From: Kofleriaceae bacterium
Lineage (GTDB): Bacteria > Myxococcota_A > Polyangia > Haliangiales > Haliangiaceae
Reading direction: 5' to 3'
Length of the DNA stretch: 21,243 nucleotides
Assembly: GCA_046597055.1 (NCBI GenBank)
Contig: JBKJLC010000070.1
Location: 1 to 21,243, forward strand
The position numbers were made by a program, and so were the translations under genes. This document shows, piece after piece, positions 15,684-21,243 of this stretch (within the stretch, counting starts at the first letter, position 1; each line of letters opens with the position of its first letter). Below the pieces are notes generated by a model. That model searched no databases and was not told the origin of the DNA. It saw only the letters and a list, made by a program, of their open reading frames with translations.

Positions 15684-16658
15684 TCAGGATTGTAATGGGA
15701 CCAGCGCGGCGACGGTGGCGGCGGTGAGGGCGACCAGCGCCACCGCGCCCACCGCGGTCTGGAGGCCGCGCCGGGTCGCGTGGGTGAGGGTTCGGCTCGG
15801 AACCGCGAGCCCGAAAGCGGCACCAGCCAGGAGCCCGAGCCCGTGGGCCACGTGGTCGGCGCCGACCGCGAAGCCAAAGATGAACACGTAGACGACCCAC
15901 TTGATCATGTCGTTGCGGACGGCGCGGCCGGCGCTGGTGCCGTCGCGATGGCCGCCGGCACCGACCGCGCCGACCAGGCCCATGATGGCGCCCGAGGCGC
16001 CGACGCCGACGCCGGGGCTCGTCAGCTGGCTGCCCACGGCCGCGAGCGTCCCGGTCAGCACGAACAGCAGCAGCGTCACGCCGCGGCCGAACCGAGCCTC
16101 GGCGGCCGGGCCGATCGAGCCCAGCGCGAACAGGTTGAAGGCGAGATGGAACAGGCCAGCGTGCAGCAGCACCGACGTCAGCGGGCGCCACCACTCGTGG
16201 GTCGCGCCGATGGGCAGGCTGGCGCCGTGGCGGATCAGCGCGTCGAACGGCAGGCCCAGCCCGCCGCCGTGCTCGATCAGGATGCGGGCATGGACGACGA
16301 CGATGATCAGCCCGACCAGCGCGCTGATCGAGAGCGCGCGCGGTGCGTGGATGCCGAGCCGGCCCAGGGTCTCGACCACGCGCGCGCCGAGCGCCTGATC
16401 GCAGCGGGTGCACCGGATCTCGTCGCGATCGTTGACCGCACCACAGTGCCGGCACACCCGGTGCTCGTAGCGGACGTGGCTCGCCGCCTGCGCGCGGCGG
16501 TTGTCGGCGGCGCGCTGGCGGTTGACCCAGGCCTGGAGCTTCCAGCGAACCCGGACCCGGTTGAAGCCGAGCCCGCCCGCGACCCGGGTCACGGTCTCGA
16601 CCCAGTCCGGGATCGGATCCGTCGGCGGGTCGCGGTCGTCGGGCGGGGGGGCACTCAT
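15684..16658 (-). CDS. Rhomboid family intramembrane serine protease with N-terminal zinc ribbon
   Basis: WWRPLTSVLLHAGLFHLAFN, catalytic GASG, ADHVAHGLG (catalytic His), multiple transmembrane helices, and an N-terminal CRHC-x10-CTRC. Confidence 0.9.
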   Translation of the reverse strand: MSAPPPDDRDPPTDPIPDWVETVTRVAGGLGFNRVRVRWKLQAWVNRQRAADNRRAQAASHVRYEHRVCRHCGAVNDRDEIRCTRCDQALGARVVETLGRLGIHAPRALSISALVGLIIVVVHARILIEHGGGLGLPFDALIRHGASLPIGATHEWWRPLTSVLLHAGLFHLAFNLFALGSIGPAAEARFGRGVTLLLFVLTGTLAAVGSQLTSPGVGVGASGAIMGLVGAVGAGGHRDGTSAGRAVRNDMIKWVVYVFIFGFAVGADHVAHGLGLLAGAAFGLAVPSRTLTHATRRGLQTAVGAVALVALTAATVAALVPLQS

Positions 16659-17806
16659 CGCATCCCGCGTCTACCACGGCCAGCCGCGCCGCCGGGGCCG
16701 ACCAGCACCAACCGCGCCGCTGGCACGCCGGCGAACCCGCGGTTCCAGGCGGCCGCGTAGCCGTTGATGCCCGCGAGGAGCACGCGGTCGCCGACCGCCG
16801 GGATCTCGCCCGGGCGGACCAGTGCCTCCGCGATCACGTCGTCCTCGCAGCAGGTCGCGCCGAGCAGCACCAGCGCCGCCCGCTCGCCCGGCCGCGGCGC
16901 CGGTGCGCACAGCCGCGGCGTCGACCAGCGCAGGTGGCACAGGCGCGACAGGTCGAGCACGCGCGCAGCCCGTCCGGCCAGCGCGCGGGCGGCGACCACC
17001 GTGCCGGCCGCGAAGCCGGCCCGCTCGGTGTAGAGCCGGCCCGGCTCGAACACCAGCTCGACCGCGGCCGGGACCGCGGCCCGGGCCGCCGCCAGCCCCG
17101 CAGCCAGGGTGGCGGTGCCGGCCGCCGGCGTGGTCAGCGCGAACCCGTGCAGCGAGCCGCCGAGATCGAGGTGCTCGAGCGGCAGGTCGACCGCGGCCGC
17201 CGCCGCCACCGCCGCGGCCGCCAGTCGGGCCAGCCGCGCCGGTGCGGTCGCCAGCGGGCCGCCGTGGACGTGCAGGCCGCGGACCCGGCCGCCGCCGGCC
17301 GCGATCACGGCGGCCAGCTCCGCCGGGGCCGCGCCGAACCGGCTGGCGTGGCCACCGTCCGCATCCCGGACACCCCCGGGCGCGTCCTCGTCGAGCAGCG
17401 CCGATGCCGACAGCCGCACCGCGATCCGCACGCCCGCGAGCGCCGCCGCGGTCGCCACCTGCGCCGCGGTCTCGCACACCACCGTCACCCGATGGCGCTG
17501 CGCGAGCGCGGCGATCGTGGCGGCGTCGACCCCGCCCGGGTAGGTCACCGACACCGCGGTCGGCGCCGCGGTCATCGCGGCCACCTGCTCCTCGGGTCCG
17601 GCCAGATCGAGCCCGTCGAGCCGCGCGGTCGCGAGCGCGAGCACCTCCGCGACCGGAAACGACTTCGCCGCGAACAGCAGGCCGACGCCCGCGGCGCGGG
17701 CCACCGCGCGGGCGGCCTCCATGCGCGTGGCGATCACGCCGAGGTCGAAGATCAGCGCCGGGCCCGGCGCATCCCCGGCCGCGGCCAGGTAGCGGGCGAC
17801 GTCCAT
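16655..17806 (-). CDS. Fold-type III PLP-dependent decarboxylase (carboxynorspermidine/diaminopimelate decarboxylase-like)
   Basis: Start MDVARYL at 17806 (383 aa). PLP-Lys motif LLFAAKSF, SRFG, GLHVH, LDLGG, FEPGR, GATCCEDD and GY..W..GF.G. Stop overlaps the rhomboid start (ATGA). Confidence 0.82.
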   Translation of the reverse strand: MDVARYLAAAGDAPGPALIFDLGVIATRMEAARAVARAAGVGLLFAAKSFPVAEVLALATARLDGLDLAGPEEQVAAMTAAPTAVSVTYPGGVDAATIAALAQRHRVTVVCETAAQVATAAALAGVRIAVRLSASALLDEDAPGGVRDADGGHASRFGAAPAELAAVIAAGGGRVRGLHVHGGPLATAPARLARLAAAAVAAAAAVDLPLEHLDLGGSLHGFALTTPAAGTATLAAGLAAARAAVPAAVELVFEPGRLYTERAGFAAGTVVAARALAGRAARVLDLSRLCHLRWSTPRLCAPAPRPGERAALVLLGATCCEDDVIAEALVRPGEIPAVGDRVLLAGINGYAAAWNRGFAGVPAARLVLVGPGGAAGRGRRGMR

Positions 17807-18061
17807 CACGGCGGGCGACAGTCGCGAGGCTGGTCGCAGGGTGCAACGCCGCTTGCCACCGTTCGTGCACGGCTTGCGCGCGACTTGCCTCCGGGATTCT
17901 CTGGCAGAGGCGTCGTTCTGCGCCATTTGCCGCGTGACCGGGAATACCGACGGAGATATGCGAGCGCGGACGAACCGGCAGTCCGAGCGGACGGGTCGAC
18001 GTGCTAGCCTTCCGGAGTCGGGATGGCGGCGCCGCGGGGCACCCGTGGAAGCTGGGGCAGG

Positions 18062-18487
18062 ATGATGAACCGACCACGACCAGCCCAGATGGAATGGGCG
18101 CGACGGCTGCTGGCGCTGGAGGCCGGTACCGGCGGAAGCGCGCTCGACTGGGCGGTGGCGGCCGGCCAGGTCCACGACAAGTTGCTGGAGCGGTTCGATC
18201 CCCTCCTGGGTGCGGCCGGCGTCCGCGCCCTGCTGGTCCGGAGCCAGACGCTGTCGAAGTCGCGGTTCGCGTGCTTCGGCGACGTCCATCTCCTCGACAG
18301 CACCGCCTCCCTGCGCGATTGCCTGCACGCCCAGGGGCAGGAGGTCGCGCTCGAGTGCGCGGCGGTCCTGTTCGGAACCTTCCTGGAGCTTCTCCAGACG
18401 TTCATCGGCCAGCGCCTGACGACCCAGATCTTACGCAGCACGTGGCCGACGCTCGATGCGGTGGCACCCAAGGAGACCGAGTCATGA
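18062..18487 (+). CDS. Uncharacterised small alpha-helical protein, first gene of the KaiC-like operon
   Basis: About 141-aa ORF with protein-like composition (LLERFDPLLGAAGVRALLVRS...LLQTFIGQRLTTQILRSTWP). Stop overlaps the KaiC-like ATG and an AAGGAG SD lies inside its 3' end. Start could be 18062, 18065 or 18023. Confidence 0.8.
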   Translation: MMNRPRPAQMEWARRLLALEAGTGGSALDWAVAAGQVHDKLLERFDPLLGAAGVRALLVRSQTLSKSRFACFGDVHLLDSTASLRDCLHAQGQEVALECAAVLFGTFLELLQTFIGQRLTTQILRSTWPTLDAVAPKETES

Positions 18488-19959
18488 GCGACGCAGTTCC
18501 CATCAGGCGGCTGACCTCGGGCGTCCCGGGGCTCGACGAAGTCCTCGGTGGTGGCTTCCCCGAGTTCTCGTGCAACCTCATCACCGGTGGCCCCGGCTCT
18601 GGCAAGACGACGCTTGGCCACCAGGTCATGTTCGCCAACGCCAGGCCCGACCGGCGCGCCATCTATTTCAGCATCATCGGCGAGCCGCCGATCAAGATGC
18701 TCCGCTACCAGCAGCAGTATGCGTTCTTCGACCCGACCAAGGTCGGCGAGGCGGTCTCCTTTGTTCACCTGGGCGACCAGGCGGTCAACGGCGGCCTGGG
18801 CGCGGTGCTGGAGTCGATCGAGCGCGAGGTGGCGGCGATCAATCCCGCGATCGTCGTGGTCGACTCGTTCCGCGCGGTGGTCCGGCGCACCCTCGGCGAG
18901 CAGCACGGCGAGCGCGAGGTGCAGGAGTTCATGCAGCGGATCGCGCTCCTGCTCACCAGCTACGAGGCGACCACGTTCCTCCTCGGCGAGTACGCCGACA
19001 GCGAGCAGGACAGCTCGGTCTTCACGGTCGCCGACGGGCTGATCCACATGTACCAGGCGGTCGAGCGCAACTCGGTGGTCCGCAAGCTGCAGGTCGTGAA
19101 GATGCGGGGCCAGGGCCAGATCCCGGGTCTGCACACCGTCCGCATCTCGGACGCCGGGCTCAACGTGTTCCCGCGGCTGCTCAAGCCGGTCGAGAACCCG
19201 TCCACCGGCAGCCCGCTCGAGCACCGGTTGTCGACTGGCGTGGCCGATCTCGACGCGATGCTGGGCGGCGGGATTCCGGCCGGGTATTCGGTGCTGATCG
19301 CCGGCCCGTCGGGCTCGGGCAAGACCGTGCTGTCGAACCAGTTCATCGTCGAGGGTGGCAAGCGGGGCGAGAACGGCGTGGTCGCGATCTTCGAGAAGCG
19401 ACCCAACGACTATCTCCAGACCAGCCCGCACGGGGAGGCCTTCAAGAAGATGATCGCCGAGCAGCGGCTGGAGGTGGTCTACCTGCGCCCGCTCGACCTG
19501 TCGATCGACGAGACCCTGCTCGAGCTGCGCTCCGCGGTCGAGCGGGTCGGCGCCAAGCGCGCGGTGATCGACTCGCTGTCCGGACTGGAGCTGGCGCTGG
19601 CGCCGACCTTCCGCGTCGACTTCCGCGAGTCGCTGTACCGGATGATGGGCGCGCTCACCGGGGTCGGCATCACCGTCATGGGCACGGTCGAGCTGGAGGA
19701 CGACTACTCGCAGCTGCGGTTCAGCCCGCAGGGCATCGCGTTCCTGACCGACGCGATCATCATGCAGCGCTACGTCGAGATCGACGCCGAGCTCCGCCGC
19801 GCGATCGCGGTGGTCAAGGTGCGAGCCAGCTGGCACAGCAAGGAGCTCCGCGAGTACGAGATCGCGCGCAACGGCGAGGTCGTCATCGGGGCCCCCCTCA
19901 ACGCCTACCGCGCGCTCCTCACCGGAGCCCCACGACGGCACGGGAGCGGGGAGTCATGA
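18484..19959 (+). CDS. KaiC-like double-domain RecA-fold ATPase (KaiC/RAD55 family)
   Basis: Two ATPase domains: TSGVPGLDEVLGGG...GGPGSGKT...VVDS...VVKMRG and STGVADLDAMLGGG...GPSGSGKT...VIDS...VVKVRA. 491 aa from the ATG at 18484. Confidence 0.93.
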   Translation: MSDAVPIRRLTSGVPGLDEVLGGGFPEFSCNLITGGPGSGKTTLGHQVMFANARPDRRAIYFSIIGEPPIKMLRYQQQYAFFDPTKVGEAVSFVHLGDQAVNGGLGAVLESIEREVAAINPAIVVVDSFRAVVRRTLGEQHGEREVQEFMQRIALLLTSYEATTFLLGEYADSEQDSSVFTVADGLIHMYQAVERNSVVRKLQVVKMRGQGQIPGLHTVRISDAGLNVFPRLLKPVENPSTGSPLEHRLSTGVADLDAMLGGGIPAGYSVLIAGPSGSGKTVLSNQFIVEGGKRGENGVVAIFEKRPNDYLQTSPHGEAFKKMIAEQRLEVVYLRPLDLSIDETLLELRSAVERVGAKRAVIDSLSGLELALAPTFRVDFRESLYRMMGALTGVGITVMGTVELEDDYSQLRFSPQGIAFLTDAIIMQRYVEIDAELRRAIAVVKVRASWHSKELREYEIARNGEVVIGAPLNAYRALLTGAPRRHGSGES

Positions 19960-20954
19960 TCCCGATCCCGCCCACCGCCGCCGACCTCGACGAGCTGTCG
20001 GTCAGCCGCGTCCTGATCGCCGATCAGCGCGAGGCCAACCAGCACCTGGTGGGGCTGGCCCTCCGCGCCCAGGAGCTCACCGAGATCGCCGGGGACGCCC
20101 TGAAGCGCGCTGAAGCCTCGTTGCTGCGAGCCGAGGCCAGCGAGGCCGCGCTGCTGGCCTACGCCGAGCTCCGGGAGACCTTCATCGGCGTGCTCGGCCA
20201 CGATCTGCGCAACCCGCTGTCGTCGATCATGCTGTTGGCCGGCGCGCTGCTGGCCAGGGTCCCGATCGATCCGGTGGTGGCGACCAAGGCCACGCGCATC
20301 CTCACCAGCGGCCAGCGCATGAGCCGCATGATCAAGCAGCTGCTCGACCTCACCCGGAGCCGGCTCGGCGGGGGCATGAGCCTGCACCAGGTCCCCACCG
20401 ACCTGGCGTACCTCGCCCGCGAGGTGGTCGCCGAGTTCGACGCCCGGGCGGTCGCGCTCGAGGTCCGCGGTGATGTCAGCGGCATCTGGGACCCGGATCG
20501 GCTGGCCGAGGTGCTCTCGAACATCGCCGGAAACGCGATCGAGCATGCCACCCCGGGCACGCCGGTCGTGATCGAGCTCGCGTCGGCGGCCGCGGCCGTC
20601 ACGATCCGGATCCGCAACCAGGGGCACCCCATCAACCCCGAGATCCTGGAGACCCTGTTCGAGCCGTTCCGCCAGGGCAGCCCAAACCAGCGGTCGCCCA
20701 ACGGCAACCTCGGCCTCGGCCTCTACATCTCGAGCGAGATCGTGCACGGCCATGGCGGCACGATCACGGCGCGCTCGGCCGGCGGCACGACCACCTTCGC
20801 CATCGAGCTGCCGCGCCATCCGCCGCTACCGGAGACGGCGCTCGGCTCCGACCGACGACCGCACCCTCACGCAGCCGCGGATCCCGCGGCCACCAGGACG
20901 ACGCGGACCGCCGGGCTCGGACCTGGCGCCGGCGCTACACTAGCGACCGGGTAG
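19956..20954 (+). CDS. Cytoplasmic histidine kinase with N-terminal coiled coil (KaiC-associated)
   Basis: Start MIPIPP at 19956 overlaps the KaiC-like stop. Coiled coil QREANQHLVGLALRAQEL, H-box LGHDLRNPL, N-box NIAGNA, RNQG, LGLGLYI. Confidence 0.9.
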   Translation: MIPIPPTAADLDELSVSRVLIADQREANQHLVGLALRAQELTEIAGDALKRAEASLLRAEASEAALLAYAELRETFIGVLGHDLRNPLSSIMLLAGALLARVPIDPVVATKATRILTSGQRMSRMIKQLLDLTRSRLGGGMSLHQVPTDLAYLAREVVAEFDARAVALEVRGDVSGIWDPDRLAEVLSNIAGNAIEHATPGTPVVIELASAAAAVTIRIRNQGHPINPEILETLFEPFRQGSPNQRSPNGNLGLGLYISSEIVHGHGGTITARSAGGTTTFAIELPRHPPLPETALGSDRRPHPHAAADPAATRTTRTAGLGPGAGATLATG

Positions 20955-21243
20955 CTTGTCGCCGAGGACGTCGGCCTTCTCGATCGCCGGCGGCTCGGCG
21001 AGCAGCTCGTCGGCGTTGGCCATCAGCGCGGCCGCGATCGCACCGCCCAGGTGCTTGCTGCGATCGGCGTCGCTGGCGAACGCGTCGACGATGTAGAAGA
21101 CGGTCGGCGCGGTCCGCAGCGCGAACCACGCCGGCGTGAAGTCCTCGGCCTCGGCGAGCGGCTGGGCGCTGGCGAGGAACCCGGCGACCTGCTCCTCCTT
21201 GCCGGCCTTGGCGACGAGACGAACGACGAGCGCGACCTTGGTG
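20940..21243 (-). CDS. Antibiotic biosynthesis monooxygenase (ABM)/putative quinol monooxygenase family protein, 5' end outside window
   Basis: Manually translated (not in the ORF track): ...KVALVVRLVAKAGKEEQVAGFLASAQPLAEAEDFTPAWFALRTAPTVFYIVDAFASDADRSKHLGGAIAAALMANADELLAEPPAIEKADVLGDKLPGR*, stop TAG at 20940-20942. Confidence 0.85.
   Translation of the reverse strand, partial: TKVALVVRLVAKAGKEEQVAGFLASAQPLAEAEDFTPAWFALRTAPTVFYIVDAFASDADRSKHLGGAIAAALMANADELLAEPPAIEKADVLGDKLPGR

Noticed and set aside
16655..17806. Assigning lysA or nspC as gene symbol
   Set aside because: Motifs are intermediate or divergent and no pathway neighbours are present, so the substrate cannot be determined by eye.
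17842..17858. Sigma54-like TGGCAAGCGGCGTTGCA on the minus strand upstream of the decarboxylase
   Set aside because: GG-to-GC spacing is 11 nt rather than the strictly required 10.
17807..18328. N-terminal extension of the decarboxylase ORF, and likewise the extended starts at 18001 (KaiC-like) and 18456 (kinase)
   Set aside because: The extensions cover intergenic DNA or overlap other genes. Family motifs and ATGA overlaps define the later starts.
18484..19959. Calling this a circadian clock gene kaiC
   Set aside because: No kaiA/kaiB in the window, S431/T432 equivalents are A/F and the EE motifs are altered. Only KaiC-like is supported.

Overview
Very GC-rich bacterial DNA. Gene content (FHA-GGDEF protein, HNxG-type kinases, many soluble hybrid kinases) suggests Myxococcota, which is an inference. 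From left to right: a translationally coupled sbcD-sbcC (Mre11/Rad50) operon; a ~580-bp non-coding gap with an IS481-like end and a REP-like palindromic remnant; then ~15 kb dominated by cytoplasmic signalling genes. These are an FHA-GGDEF diguanylate cyclase, a stand-alone receiver, two divergent paralogous hybrid kinases with two transmitter modules each, a GlsB/YeaQ/YmgE membrane protein, an RsbRD_N-type histidine kinase and a three-gene coupled operon (uncharacterised helical protein, double-domain KaiC-like ATPase, sensor-less histidine kinase). An NspC/LysA-like PLP decarboxylase coupled to a Zn-ribbon rhomboid protease interrupts the cluster, and a partial ABM-family monooxygenase gene closes the window. 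The best candidate for a poorly described system is the KaiA/KaiB-less KaiC-like operon, whose catalytic and phospho-site motifs are altered, set in a soluble phosphorelay cluster whose only visible output is c-di-GMP. No rRNA, tRNA, CRISPR array or intact transposase was seen. All family calls come from motif recognition by eye, not database searches.
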